A stretch of 64,000 bases of DNA from Clostridia bacterium (GCA_017399965.1 JAFQAP010000026.1:22530-86529); one strand, 5' to 3'; counted from the stretch's first letter, positions 49,901 through 59,323 are shown. Notes: generated from the letters alone by a model not told the origin. Translations and numbers: made by a program.

Positions 49901-52900
49901 ACGGCGTAAAGCCCGTTCAAACCGTTATTTCCGGTACCAAGACCCTTAACGGCAGAAATATGGCAAACGGCGAATTCGAGTTTATTCTCAGAGATTCTGC
50001 AGGAAACCTTATTGAATCCGTTTCCAATAACGGCACGGAGATCAAGTTTGCTCCCATCACTTACGTTGCGGCAGGCACATATACTTACACCGTGTCCGAA
50101 GTTATCCCCGCAAATGCTCTCAACGGCGTTCTTGACGGCGTAACCTATGACAAAACCGTATACACCGTAATTGTTACCGTAACCGATAACGGCGACGGAA
50201 CCTTGACTGCGGCTCAGACCATAGACGGCGCTTCCGCAATAGCTTTCGTAAACACTTACGCAGCTTCCGGCACCGCATATGCAGATCTCAGCGGTAAAAA
50301 GGTTCTGGACGGAAGAGAACTCAAAGCAGGTGAATTTGAATTCCTGCTTAAGGATAAGGACGGCAAGGCAGTAGAGACCGTTTCCAACAAGGCAGACGGC
50401 ACCTTCGCATTCACCCGTCTCAGCTATACCGCGGCAGGTACCTATACCTACACGGTATCCGAAGTTAACGGCGGCAAGGGCGGCGTAACCTACGATAATA
50501 CCGTATACACCGTAACCGTTACCGTGACAGATAACGGCAAGGGCGGCTTTGAATCCAGCGTTTCTATCGATAAAAACGGAGTTATCCTCTTTAACAACGG
50601 ATACTCCGCTGCACCCGCAGACGTAGTTCTTGAGGGTACAAAGACACTTAACGGCAGAAATATTGTTGACGGCGAGTTTACCTTCAATCTCACCGATAAA
50701 AACGGAAATGTTATCCGTACCGCATCCAACGTTGGCGGCGCATTCACCTTTGATAAAATAACCTATACCGTTGCAGGCGTTTACACCTACACCGTATCCG
50801 AGGTTAAAGGCGATAAAGGCGGCGTGACCTATGATGCGACCGTATACGAAGTAACCGTAACCGTAACCGATGACGGAAACGGCAAGCTGGTTGCAGCAGT
50901 TGCTATCAATGACGGCGGAAAGCTTTCCTTTGTGAACAACTATTCCGCATCCTCTGTGGACGTAGTGCTTAACGGTACAAAGACACTTACCGGCAGAGAT
51001 ATTATTGATGGAGAGTTTACCTTCAATCTCACCGATAAGGACGGCTACGTAGTAGGAGAAGCAGTGAATGACGGCAACGCCTTCACCTTCAAAAAGCTCA
51101 CCTTTACCGAAGCGGGCGTATATACCTACACCGTATCCGAGGTTAAGGGAACAAAGGGCGGCGTAACCTACGATGATACTGTATACACCGTTACCATTAC
51201 CGTAACCGATAACGGCGCAGGAAAACTTGTTGCAACCGTAGACGGCGGAAACGCTATTGCGTTCAAGAATACCTATTCTACCGCAGGCGCAACCGTAACT
51301 CTCGACGGCACCAAGACTCTCACCGGCAGAGATATTATTGACGGCGAGTTTAAATTCCTTCTTAAGGATAAAGACGGCAACACGGTAGGCGAAGCTGTTA
51401 ATGCAGGCAACGCATTTGCTTTTGGAACTCTTACCTTTGATAAGACAGGCACTTACACCTACACCGTATCCGAGGTTAAAGGCGACAAGGGCGGCGTAAC
51501 CTACGATGATACCGTATACGAAGTAACCGTAACCGTAACCGATGACGGCAACGGTAAACTGGTTGCAGACGTTAAGGGCGGCGATTCTATCGCATTTACC
51601 AACGTATACAACACAGAAGACGAAAAAGTAGTTATCGGCGGCAGCAAGGTGCTTACCGGCAGAGATATTATCGACGGCGAATTCAAGTTTAGTCTTAAGG
51701 ATTCCGAAGGCAAGGTAGTAGCAGAAACCGTTAATGCCGGAAACTCCTTCGTATTCGAGGCGCTTACCTTCGATAAGGTTGGCACTTACACCTACACCGT
51801 ATCCGAGATCAAAGGCGATAAGGGCGGCGTGACCTACGATGATACCGTATACACCGTAACCGTTACCGTTGCGGATAACGGAAACGGCAAGCTTGTTGCA
51901 ACCGTAACCGGCGCCGATGCAGTTACCTTTACCAACAGCTATGCAGCTTCTTCCGCAGAAGTAGTACTCAGCGGCAGTAAGGTACTTGTGGGCAGAGATA
52001 TTATCGACGGCGAATTTGCATTCGTGATAAAGGATTCCGCAGGCAATGTAGTAGCACAAACTGTCAATGCAGGCGATAAGTTTACCTTTGACGCTCTCAC
52101 CTTTGATAAGGTCGGCGAATACGTATACACCGTATCCGAGGTTAAGGGCGATAAGGGCGGCGTATCCTACGATGATACCGTATACGAAGTAACCGTAACC
52201 GTAACCGATGACGGAAACGGTAAACTGGTTGCAACCGCAGCCGGCAACGAAAGCCTTAAGTTTACAAACAACTATGCATCCGCATCCGTAAACGTAACCC
52301 TTAACGGTACAAAGACTCTCGAAGGAAGAGATCTTGCAGAAGGCGAATTCCAATTCCTGCTCAAGGATTCCGAAGGAACCCTTCTCCAGACCGTTACCAA
52401 CGATGCAAACGGCTTGTTCGGCTTTGAACCCGTTGAATTCGTTAAGGTAGGCGAATACGTATACACCGTGATCGAAGTTAAGGGCGATAAAGGCGGCGTG
52501 ACCTATGATGCAACCGTATACACCGTAAAGGTTACCGTAACCGATGACGGAAACGGCAAGCTGGTTGCAGCAGTAGAAGGCGGCGACGCAATAAACTTCA
52601 ATAACCTGTACTCCGCATCCGGCGTAACCGTTACCTTAAGTGGTATTAAGAACCTTGTAGGCAAAGAACTTGCAGAAGGTATGTTCAGCTTTAACCTTAA
52701 GGATAAGGACGGCAACGTGCTTCAGACCGTTACCAACAAAGCAGACGGCGTTATTGATTTTACCGCTATGGAATTTGATAAAGCCGGCGAATACGTTTAC
52801 ACCGTAACCGAGGTTATAGGCACCGAAAGCGGTATGAGCTACGACGAAACCGTATACACCGTAAAGGTTACCGTAACCGATGACGGAAACGGCAAGCTTG

Positions 52901-53070
52901 TTGCTGACGTTACCGTAAGCGGCGACGGAGTTATCGAGTTTAATAACGAATACGTTCCCGATACTCCTCAACTCGGTGATGAAAGCAATACGTTTATCCT
53001 TTACTCCGCAATGCTTTTAAGCGTTATAGGACTTGCAGTTTTGGTTTTCAAAAAGCGCAAGGCTGAATAA
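43954..53070 (+). CDS. Large cell-wall-anchored adhesin: vWA domain plus ~16 Spy0128/FctA-like pilin repeats
   Basis: Signal peptide; MIDAS-type DNSTS...T...TDG; repeats GTKTL.GR...GEF.F...YTYTVSE...YD.TVY.VTVTVTD...F.N.Y; sorting signal TPQLG + TM + KKRK. Confidence 0.9.
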   Translation: MKIRNVTKKSLSVLLILCLILPCLPVFYINFGANAAAATTIVVDPSGASNYHQMLGTGADGNRYSGRVWFDKSLFAPGDEAKLPLHDDFTGLATDTIKIDSSFMVVGSALGSTTSVTTTTSTAASIDVVLILDNSTSMYEESNNTSRLEKVVSAANSLIKGITSGENNRLAIVAYSGEAETLLPLNYYKDNDSVLSISTVTTGSGWNRTTNHYYTASATPVGSNEAVSETFSVSQWGTNVQIGVDMGMKLLSNASDTSGRVPVVILLTDGVSNVASTRDWYAPTFTNRGNHGNPTNQYVSFATLLTAAYGRSRITANYGKAPTVYGIGVDLTAGSDASVVMDPANYLKPTGSNVAANTYALFERWKTTNLTFSYEYDSGGSEYTWRYEQLPSNYPGTKQDIIDNINYVDKYYPIGSEKISEVFDEILIEINEKAFVPLVDKVVQGEIEVDTPLTYVDFIGEYMEVKEFKAVTLFGKIYSVSKSLEAPVITDAVNGGTITRTKVTKYIVESDTVTNEVAGVTYDISEALKITVTDIYTVKLNENGVYERTSPVKQEVRATIPSTALPLIYDKVVNNDGEITYETNRGEVTPLRLYYTVDMVDEILDANGNVITDLLSEDYLAKNTNPDGTVNFYAGQYGVMNSEETINGVSGIYKGDSHAAATPSVDNRFYYHQNNYPVNITATDKNGNDIVWEADEYGVLYYQGNGIDRTLNDDYKTEYLLYSQVEGLSDTDQVYTMVGFYRPTTGGAGEAVGYLVYTEWQYLKDSLAYYDNVNGVYINGFEDGAFVTSETDGYNVDTSVVDAYIAANGLEKSDIICVLGVDTWRTSRLHNMTIPKTENPTGTAEYAVYPTHNVSALHDGSLVSWFGNNGKMSVIPQQGISVSKTVTQAVSGAETQFEITVTIDGTDFTPAFLDTNGNALSGISVVKNNSTQKTIVTLNLSANETVYITNLPTGAKYTVSEKASNYYTPAYTNEAGVVAANTLTHVSVVNTPKAYGNLIISKEVIHPFGGNLDNEFDFVLTINGLTQWEIDNVLSVPAGATVTLTGNVATVTGIRIKDGASVTVSGIPVGAGYVVQELAEAGFTLDAAKTTGTSGVISATTSYADFVNTYDPHPPVNADITVSGTKTLTANATGDWTFTFKVQKLNGTVYEDVAGATASVNLTSTGTKDYTISLAENYTTVGTHYYRVVEVHGTDPAMTYDTVEGLFKVTVSDPGVIDGVLVVDVETVSDSTVTSNIIGGTEYFTVDVDFNNLYDANDTHAELNIQKILNNNTGVPVPLNIFSFELKQGGAVIHTAHTDASGKAVIAIPIDAEGTYQYTLSEVNSGKPGMTYDTTVYNVTVKAEDEGGHLVATLTIEGVSGTTATFTNTYTLDPVSVIIDGNKILQNKTLVAGQFSFEIYETDDVYHALVNGYTDTVSNASSGAFSFELPQYTKAGTYRYVIKEIIPAAAQNNLLDGITYDDSVYHVTVTVTDDGNGKLASSVQISKLGAGSVADVTFTNVYKAVGQAQLTFQGEKTLNGRNLYGSEFTFVIEVEKDGVALPDVHTTNLSTGKIQFPTFTYTEADIGSTFVYRVYESVPTGAVNNVYEGVTYTKVAYSVSVSVKDNGVGGITLDVLGDYEELDFTNTYEAQPVKVGLDGVKTLNGRDMVAGEFEFVLKNSADTAIETVSNKADGTFTFADLTFTSAGVYTYTVSEVKGSKGGVAYDETVYTVTVTVTDNGKGILTASTLISGSGSLSFTNIYNTENVAVKISGTKALTGKPLEAGEFTFAIYRAIIVDGKFEINGDEMVTATNDENGDFVFPDGVFTAPVTAHYIIKELNDGKTGITYDDTVYNMTITVTDNGEGELVADVAVTDINGNKTDVEFNNIFTPADLPVSFGGTKQYNKALAAGDFSFQLKDEGGNVLKTVSNDVNGNFKFDVVYTASDIGKTFKYTVSEVNGGKGGVTYDTTVYEFSVSVVNENGLLVANVSGANTNALNFSNSYGVKPVQTVISGTKTLNGRNMANGEFEFILRDSAGNLIESVSNNGTEIKFAPITYVAAGTYTYTVSEVIPANALNGVLDGVTYDKTVYTVIVTVTDNGDGTLTAAQTIDGASAIAFVNTYAASGTAYADLSGKKVLDGRELKAGEFEFLLKDKDGKAVETVSNKADGTFAFTRLSYTAAGTYTYTVSEVNGGKGGVTYDNTVYTVTVTVTDNGKGGFESSVSIDKNGVILFNNGYSAAPADVVLEGTKTLNGRNIVDGEFTFNLTDKNGNVIRTASNVGGAFTFDKITYTVAGVYTYTVSEVKGDKGGVTYDATVYEVTVTVTDDGNGKLVAAVAINDGGKLSFVNNYSASSVDVVLNGTKTLTGRDIIDGEFTFNLTDKDGYVVGEAVNDGNAFTFKKLTFTEAGVYTYTVSEVKGTKGGVTYDDTVYTVTITVTDNGAGKLVATVDGGNAIAFKNTYSTAGATVTLDGTKTLTGRDIIDGEFKFLLKDKDGNTVGEAVNAGNAFAFGTLTFDKTGTYTYTVSEVKGDKGGVTYDDTVYEVTVTVTDDGNGKLVADVKGGDSIAFTNVYNTEDEKVVIGGSKVLTGRDIIDGEFKFSLKDSEGKVVAETVNAGNSFVFEALTFDKVGTYTYTVSEIKGDKGGVTYDDTVYTVTVTVADNGNGKLVATVTGADAVTFTNSYAASSAEVVLSGSKVLVGRDIIDGEFAFVIKDSAGNVVAQTVNAGDKFTFDALTFDKVGEYVYTVSEVKGDKGGVSYDDTVYEVTVTVTDDGNGKLVATAAGNESLKFTNNYASASVNVTLNGTKTLEGRDLAEGEFQFLLKDSEGTLLQTVTNDANGLFGFEPVEFVKVGEYVYTVIEVKGDKGGVTYDATVYTVKVTVTDDGNGKLVAAVEGGDAINFNNLYSASGVTVTLSGIKNLVGKELAEGMFSFNLKDKDGNVLQTVTNKADGVIDFTAMEFDKAGEYVYTVTEVIGTESGMSYDETVYTVKVTVTDDGNGKLVADVTVSGDGVIEFNNEYVPDTPQLGDESNTFILYSAMLLSVIGLAVLVFKKRKAE
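47310..52955 (+). repeat. Intragenic tandem domain repeats (~333-400 bp period, 16 units counted)
   Basis: Recurrent ggcggcgtaacctacgat...accgtaaccgatgacggaaacggcaag. Confidence 0.85.
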
Positions 53071-53087
53071 AAACTAAATAATAATTC

Positions 53088-53116
53088 AAAAAGGAGGCTG
53101 GAAACAGCCTCCTTTT
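53088..53116 (+). terminator. Intrinsic terminator
   Basis: AAAAGGAGGCTG-GAAA-CAGCCTCCTTTT. Confidence 0.85.
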
Positions 53117-53227
53117 AACAGTTTTTTGAATAATGTTAACAAATTTAACATATTAATATTTGACAAATCAATTTCAAACTGTTATTATATATTAGGTGTA
53201 TTTTTATTTTACATGGGGTAGTTTTTG

Positions 53228-54427
53228 ATGGGCGCAAAGAAAAAGAAAAAGTGGATAAAGTTCAGGCACACGGTCGTCACCAACCTGCTGTTTCTTGTAA
53301 TTTATCCTTATTCCCGTATAAAATACGGAATTAAAATAGAAAAAATCGCAGATACCAAAAGGCAATATCTTGTGCTGCTGAATCACCAGACACCCTTTGA
53401 CCAGTTTTTTGTGGGTATGTCCTTCAACCGCAAAACTATGTATTATCTTGCTACAGAGGATATTTTTTCCAAGGGTATGCTTTCCAAGATAATTAAGTTT
53501 TTGGTAGCGCCTATCCCCATAAAAAAACAGACCACAGATATTAAAGCGGTTATGACCTGTATCCGCGTTGCAAGAGAGGGCGGCAGTATCGTTATCGCGC
53601 CGGAGGGCAACCGTACATACAGCGGCCGCACCGAATATATGAACCCTTCCATAGTTTCTTTGGCAAAAAAGCTTAATCTTCCCATTGCACTATACCGTCT
53701 TGAAGGGGGATACGGCGTTCAGCCCCGCTGGAGCGACGTTACACGAAAAGGCAAAATGAGAGGGTATGTTTATGAGGTTATCGAGCCGGAGGAATATAAA
53801 GCTCTTGCGGACGATGAACTTTTTGAGCGTATAAAAAACGGGCTTTACGTTAACGAAGCAAAAGCAGACGGCGAATTTTTCCACAAAAACCGCGCCAATT
53901 ATCTTGAGCGATGTATATACGTTTGTCCCTTCTGCGGGCTTTCCGAATTCCATACAAGCGGTGCTGTTATAAAATGCGCCAAGTGCGGCAGGGAAGCGGA
54001 GTATACCGTTACCAAGGAGTTCTGCGGCGTTGGATACGAGCACCCATTCAGGTTCGTTGCAGACTGGTACGATTATCAGGAACAATACATAAACGGGCTT
54101 GATACTACGTCTTTTACGGAAGCGCCTTTGTATACGGAAAGTGCCGGGCTGTATGAGATAATCCCCTATAAAAACAGATATCTTGTAAAGAAAGACGCAA
54201 ACGTTTCCCTTTACGGCGACCGTATCACCGTAAACGAGCTTACTTTTGATTTCGAAACCGTTTCTCAGATTTCGGTCTTGGGTAAAAACAAGCTGAATAT
54301 ATATTACGGTGATAAACTATATCAGTTAAAGGGAAGCAAACGCTTTAATGCATTAAAATATCTGCATTTTTATTACCGCTATAAAAACATAAAGGAAGAT
54401 AACAATGATAAATTTCTGGGACTTTAG
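53228..54427 (+). CDS. PlsC-like acyltransferase with C-terminal zinc-ribbon extension
   Basis: NHQTPFD (HX4D), APEGNRT, CPFC...CAKC; promoter TTGACA-17 nt-TATTAT at 53160-53188. Confidence 0.85.
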   Translation: MGAKKKKKWIKFRHTVVTNLLFLVIYPYSRIKYGIKIEKIADTKRQYLVLLNHQTPFDQFFVGMSFNRKTMYYLATEDIFSKGMLSKIIKFLVAPIPIKKQTTDIKAVMTCIRVAREGGSIVIAPEGNRTYSGRTEYMNPSIVSLAKKLNLPIALYRLEGGYGVQPRWSDVTRKGKMRGYVYEVIEPEEYKALADDELFERIKNGLYVNEAKADGEFFHKNRANYLERCIYVCPFCGLSEFHTSGAVIKCAKCGREAEYTVTKEFCGVGYEHPFRFVADWYDYQEQYINGLDTTSFTEAPLYTESAGLYEIIPYKNRYLVKKDANVSLYGDRITVNELTFDFETVSQISVLGKNKLNIYYGDKLYQLKGSKRFNALKYLHFYYRYKNIKEDNNDKFLGL

Positions 54428-55787
54428 CGTATGGGGCAGCTTTATGCTGTTTTCCGTACTTCTTGCAAGCCTGATGGCTGCAAACATACTTAAAAAATCC
54501 ATACCTTTTTTAGAAAAATCTCTCATACCCACCTCTGTTTTGGGCGGGGGAATATTGCTTGTTATCGCTTTTATATATAAGCTCATTACCGGCGACGTAA
54601 TGTTTGATACCGCATTTTTCGGCGGTAACGGTTCCGCCACTTTGGAAACTCTTACATACCATACTCTCGCTCTCGGTTTTATAGCCACGGCTTTAAAGAC
54701 CACCGGCGGAAAGCTTAACAAAAAGCGCTCTGCCGAAATATTCAACACCGGTATTACTACTGTGGGCACCTATCTTTTGCAGGCGTTTTTAGGTATGGGA
54801 ATAACCGTTATTGCGGCGCTTGTTGTAAAAGATTTCTTCTCTTCTTCCGGTATTCTTCTTGCTTTTGGCTTCGGTCAGGGTACGGGGCAGGCAATGAACT
54901 ACGGCGGTATATACGAAACCGATTTCGGCTTTGTGGGCGGAAAAAGCTTTGGTCTTACCGTAGCGGCGATCGGATTTCTTTGCGCCAGCATCGGAGGTGT
55001 TATACACCTTAACATCCTTCGCAGAAAAGGCAAGATAAAGACGGTTAACGCAGGCAAAAACTCTATTATACACAGCGAAATACAATCAGAAAACGAAATT
55101 CCCATGCAGGAAAGTATGGACAAAATGACAGTTCAGATAGCCCTTATGGCGGTTTCATATCTGTTTGCATATCTGCTTATGTTCGGACTGGGCAAACTCT
55201 TTCCGGGAATGAGATCTGTTATCTACGGCTTTAACTTCCTTTTGGGCGTGCTTTGCGCCACCTTGGTAAAGCTGGTGCTTAACTTTCTTAACAAGAAAAA
55301 GCTGGTTAAAAGACAGTATACAAATAACTTCCTTTTGACCCGTGCAGGCAACTTTTTCTTTGATATTATGGTTGTTGCGGGTATTGCCGCCATCCGCCTC
55401 GATATGCTGGAAAAGTACTGGGGTATCATTGTTATTCTCGTTTCCGTAGGCACGGTTTCTACTTATGCGTACAACTATTTTGTTGCAAAAAAGCTTTTCC
55501 CGGAATACACGCAGGAGCAATTCCTTGCTATGTACGGTATGCTTACCGGCACCGCATCAACAGGCGTTATATTGCTGCGTGAAATAGACGGCGAATTCCG
55601 CACCCCCGTTTCGGATAATCTGGTTTACCAGAATTTTCCCGCCATTGTTTTTGGATTCCCTATGATGCTTCTTGCAACCCTCGCACCGAAGAAGCCCATA
55701 CTTACTCTTATCATCTTCGCGCTGCTGTTTGCGGCAATGAACATCATACTGTTCAGAAGCTATATTTTTAAAAAGAAAAACAAGTAA
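54405..55787 (+). CDS. Sodium/glutamate symporter-like (GltS/ESS family) membrane protein
   Basis: IPTSVLGG, GFGQGTGQA, YGMLTGTASTG, about 12 TM. Confidence 0.7.
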   Translation: MINFWDFSVWGSFMLFSVLLASLMAANILKKSIPFLEKSLIPTSVLGGGILLVIAFIYKLITGDVMFDTAFFGGNGSATLETLTYHTLALGFIATALKTTGGKLNKKRSAEIFNTGITTVGTYLLQAFLGMGITVIAALVVKDFFSSSGILLAFGFGQGTGQAMNYGGIYETDFGFVGGKSFGLTVAAIGFLCASIGGVIHLNILRRKGKIKTVNAGKNSIIHSEIQSENEIPMQESMDKMTVQIALMAVSYLFAYLLMFGLGKLFPGMRSVIYGFNFLLGVLCATLVKLVLNFLNKKKLVKRQYTNNFLLTRAGNFFFDIMVVAGIAAIRLDMLEKYWGIIVILVSVGTVSTYAYNYFVAKKLFPEYTQEQFLAMYGMLTGTASTGVILLREIDGEFRTPVSDNLVYQNFPAIVFGFPMMLLATLAPKKPILTLIIFALLFAAMNIILFRSYIFKKKNK

Positions 55788-55847
55788 AATTTAAACTTAT
55801 TAAGAGAAAAGACTGTGTATTTATTATACACTCTTTTCTCTTTTGTA

Positions 55848-55876
55848 TTGATTTTTATTACGTAAAATGTTATAAT
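55848..55876 (+). promoter_or_regulatory. Sigma70 promoter of the hydrogenase operon
   Basis: TTGATT-17 nt-TATAAT with TGn. Confidence 0.7.
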
Positions 55877-55972
55877 ATGTGAGATTAAGCAAAATCTGCC
55901 CGTTTTTCTTTTCGGCAGATATTTCGGTTTCACAAAGCAATTATTACTTTATAAGTTAAAGGAGAAACAACA

Positions 55973-56212
55973 ATGAAAGTTACAGTTTGCATCGGCAGTT
56001 CTTGCCACCTGAAAGGCTCACGTAGAGTTATCGAACAGCTCCAGCGTCTCATCGGCGAAAATGATCTTGGCGGTAAGGTCGAACTCTGCGGTACATTCTG
56101 TATGGGTAAATGCCAGCAGGGCGTTTGCGTATCCGTTGACGAAGCGTTTCATTCCGTAAATGCAGAAACTGTTGAAGAATTCTTCCAAAACGAAATTAAG
56201 GCAAAGGTATAA
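55973..56212 (+). CDS. Thioredoxin-like [2Fe-2S] ferredoxin (HfsA-like, copy 1)
   Basis: CIGSSCHLKG...FCMGKC. Confidence 0.85.
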   Translation: MKVTVCIGSSCHLKGSRRVIEQLQRLIGENDLGGKVELCGTFCMGKCQQGVCVSVDEAFHSVNAETVEEFFQNEIKAKV

Positions 56213-56217
56213 GTTTT

Positions 56218-56472
56218 ATGATCATTCAGGTTTGCGTAGGCAGCTCTTGTTATCTTAAGGGCTCGCCCGAAATCGTTGAGCTTTTGCAGAAATCCGTAGA
56301 AGAATATAAGCTTGAAAATGAAGTCACCCTTACCGGCAGCTTTTGTATCGGCAAGTGTAACCGTGTGGGCGTTACCATTCAGGTGGATGATGATATTCAC
56401 GTGGGTATTACCAGAGAAAATTTCAGAGAATTTTTCGCAGAGAATGTCCTTAAAAAGTTGGAAAGGAAATGA
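56218..56472 (+). CDS. Thioredoxin-like [2Fe-2S] ferredoxin (HfsA-like, copy 2)
   Basis: CVGSSCYLKG...FCIGKC. Confidence 0.85.
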   Translation: MIIQVCVGSSCYLKGSPEIVELLQKSVEEYKLENEVTLTGSFCIGKCNRVGVTIQVDDDIHVGITRENFREFFAENVLKKLERK

Positions 56473-56478
56473 TGGGTT

Positions 56479-58158
56479 ATGCCTAATTGCTTGACTTTAA
56501 AAAAATCAGATTGTAAAAACTGTTATAAATGTATCCGTCATTGTCCTGTTAAGGCTATCCGCTTTTCGGGAAATCAGGCGCACATTATCGGCAACGAGTG
56601 CATTCTTTGCGGCAACTGCTTCGTTGTATGTCCTCAGGACGCAAAGCAGATAGTTGACGAAACGGAAAAAGCAAAAGTGCTTTTGCAAAGCGGCGTGCCC
56701 GTAATAGTCAGCCTTGCTCCTTCCTTTGTAGCAAACTATAACGGCGTGGGTATTAATTCCATGCGCAAAGCGCTTAAGTCCCTCGGATTTTATGATGTTG
56801 AGGAAACCGCGATCGGCGCTACCATCGTTAAGACGGAATACGAAAGAATGCTGCGTGAAGAGGAAAGAGATATAGTCATCTCTTCTTGCTGTCATTCCAT
56901 AAATCTTTTGATCCAAAAGCACTTTCCTCAGGCGTTGGAATATCTTGCCGACGTAGTGTCACCTATGCAGGCACACTGCAAGGATATAAAATCCAGATAT
57001 CCCAATGCAAAAACCGTATTTATCGGTCCCTGCGTTGCCAAAAAAGACGAAGCACAGCATTATGACGGTATCGTTGATGCAGTGCTAACCTTTGAAGAAC
57101 TTACCCGCTGGCTTAACGAAGAGAATATTACCCTCTCTAAAGAGATGGACAGCGACCCCAACAGCCGCGCTCGTTTCTTCCCCACAACCGGCGGAATATT
57201 AAAGACTATGGCGCAGGATGCACCCGGTTATACTTATATGGCTCTTGACGGTGTGGAAAATTGTATTGCCGCTCTTAAAGATATTATTGACGGTAACATT
57301 CACAAATGCTTTATCGAAATGTCGGCTTGCGTAGGCAGCTGTATGGGCGGTCCTGTTATGGAAAAATACCACCGTGCAGGCACTATAAAGGATTATATCG
57401 CCATTGCAAATTACGCAGGAGAGAAGGATTTTGTTGTTTCCCAGCCCAAGGCTATTGAGCTTAAAAAGAGCTTTGAGCATATCGAGCAGCGTTACCAGAC
57501 ACCCTCCGAGATCGAAATACAGAATGTACTTCGTCAGATGGGCAAATTCAAGCCCTCTCAAGAGCTTAATTGCGGTTCCTGCGGCTATAACACCTGCAGA
57601 GAAAAGGCAATAGCAATAATCCACGGCAAGGCTGAAATTTCCATGTGCCTGCCTTATCTTAAGAGTAAAGCCGAAAGCTTTTCGGATATTATCGTTAATA
57701 ATTCTCCCAACGGTCTTATCCTGCTTAATGAAAATCTTGAGGTTCAGCAAATAAACGCTACCGCAAAGAGAATGATGAACATTCGCTCTTCTTCGGATAT
57801 TTTGGGCGATCAGGTAGTACGCATACTGGATCCTTCCGTGTTTATGAATGTTTTGCGAACAGGCAGGGACGTGATCGGTCAGCGGGTTTATCTTGCGGAA
57901 TACAAACGCTTTGTAGAGCAGTCTGTTGTACACGATAAGGATTCTCATCTTATGGTTGCCATTATGCGTGATATTACCGACGAGCAAAACGAGCGTGAAA
58001 AGAAAGAAAGTATCAGCCGTCAAACTATCGAAGTTGCAGACAAGGTAGTGGACAAGCAGATGCGTATCGTTCAGGAGATCGCATCTCTTCTGGGAGAAAC
58101 CGCCGCAGAAACAAAAATTGCGCTGGCAAAATTGAAGGAGTCCATCCAAGATGAATGA
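56479..58158 (+). CDS. Putative sensory [FeFe]-hydrogenase with PAS domain (HfsB/HydS-like)
   Basis: Two [4Fe-4S] motifs, SSCCHS, GPCVAKKDE, EMSACVGSCMGG, LNCGSCGYNTC, C-terminal PAS. Confidence 0.88.
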   Translation: MPNCLTLKKSDCKNCYKCIRHCPVKAIRFSGNQAHIIGNECILCGNCFVVCPQDAKQIVDETEKAKVLLQSGVPVIVSLAPSFVANYNGVGINSMRKALKSLGFYDVEETAIGATIVKTEYERMLREEERDIVISSCCHSINLLIQKHFPQALEYLADVVSPMQAHCKDIKSRYPNAKTVFIGPCVAKKDEAQHYDGIVDAVLTFEELTRWLNEENITLSKEMDSDPNSRARFFPTTGGILKTMAQDAPGYTYMALDGVENCIAALKDIIDGNIHKCFIEMSACVGSCMGGPVMEKYHRAGTIKDYIAIANYAGEKDFVVSQPKAIELKKSFEHIEQRYQTPSEIEIQNVLRQMGKFKPSQELNCGSCGYNTCREKAIAIIHGKAEISMCLPYLKSKAESFSDIIVNNSPNGLILLNENLEVQQINATAKRMMNIRSSSDILGDQVVRILDPSVFMNVLRTGRDVIGQRVYLAEYKRFVEQSVVHDKDSHLMVAIMRDITDEQNEREKKESISRQTIEVADKVVDKQMRIVQEIASLLGETAAETKIALAKLKESIQDE

Positions 58159-59323
58159 TCTGTGTGCCGATATCGGCTATAAGAGTATAAATCATTTCGG
58201 TGAACAGCTTTGCGGCGACCACGTGGATATAGTGGAGCCCGGCGACGGATCTACCGTTGTGGTTCTTTCCGACGGATTGGGAAGCGGAGTAAAGGCGAGC
58301 ATACTTTCCACCCTTACTTCCAAGATAATTTCCACCATGCTTTCCGAAGGCTTGTCTTTGGAAGAATGTGTAGAAACTATCGCCGCTACCTTGCCCGTTT
58401 GCTCCATCCGCGGCGTGGCGTATTCCACCTTCACCATTATACATCTGAAAAACAACCAAAGCGCCGAGCTGATTCAGTACGATAACCCTCATGCGATCAT
58501 TATACGCGATGAGAACATATGGGATTATCCCAAAACAGAAATGAATATCGGCGGTAAAAAAATATACAAATCCGTAATAAAGCTTCAGGAAAACGATATT
58601 TTTGTTGCCATGAGCGACGGTTGCCCCCACGCGGGTATCGGTATAACCTATAATTTCGGTTGGAAGAGGGAAAATATAGCAGAGTTTATGCAGACCCTCT
58701 CCCACGCAGGGTATACCGCAAAGACATTATCCACCATGCTTGTTGACGAATGTGACAAGCTATACGGCTTTCAGCCCGGTGACGATGCCACGGCGTGCGT
58801 TGTCCGTATAAGAAAGAGAGAGCCTATGAATATGCTGTTCGGCCCTCCTTCCAACCGCGACGATGCAGACCGTATGATGTCCCTTTTCTTCTCCAAGGAA
58901 GGCAAGCATATTATTTGCGGAGGAACCACCTCGACTATCGCGGCAAAATTCCTGCACAAGCCTTTGCGCGCCAGCCTTAACTTTGAAATGGGGGACGTAC
59001 CTCCCATTGCGGAGATAGAGGGGGTAGACCTTGTTACCGAAGGTGTTATAACCGTAAACAAGGTGCTTGAATACGCCAACGATTATCTGGGCGAAAACAA
59101 GTTTTACAGCCATTGGAGCTATAAACGGGACGGCGCATCCCTTATATGCCGTTTGCTGTTTGAAGAGGCTACGGATATTAACTTTTATGTGGGAAGGGCA
59201 GTAAACCCCGCCCACCAGAATCCCGATCTGCCTATCAATTTCAATATAAAAATGAATTTGGTAGAGGAACTTTCGGCTTGCCTCAAAAGGATGGGAAAAA
59301 GAATCAAAGTCAGTTATTTCTAA
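58151..59323 (+). CDS. SpoIIE/PP2C-family phosphatase (HfsC-like)
   Basis: LCGD, LSDGLGSG, MSDG, GDDAT. Confidence 0.88.
   Translation: MNDLCADIGYKSINHFGEQLCGDHVDIVEPGDGSTVVVLSDGLGSGVKASILSTLTSKIISTMLSEGLSLEECVETIAATLPVCSIRGVAYSTFTIIHLKNNQSAELIQYDNPHAIIIRDENIWDYPKTEMNIGGKKIYKSVIKLQENDIFVAMSDGCPHAGIGITYNFGWKRENIAEFMQTLSHAGYTAKTLSTMLVDECDKLYGFQPGDDATACVVRIRKREPMNMLFGPPSNRDDADRMMSLFFSKEGKHIICGGTTSTIAAKFLHKPLRASLNFEMGDVPPIAEIEGVDLVTEGVITVNKVLEYANDYLGENKFYSHWSYKRDGASLICRLLFEEATDINFYVGRAVNPAHQNPDLPINFNIKMNLVEELSACLKRMGKRIKVSYF

Noticed and set aside
47443-52353. 1636-aa antisense ORF (also 45007-46527)
   Set aside because: Shadow of the adhesin's biased codon usage and repeats; no RBS or domain logic.
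48800-52950. CRISPR-like periodicity
   Set aside because: The period is ~335 bp or more and lies in frame within a protein; no cas genes or repeat-spacer structure.
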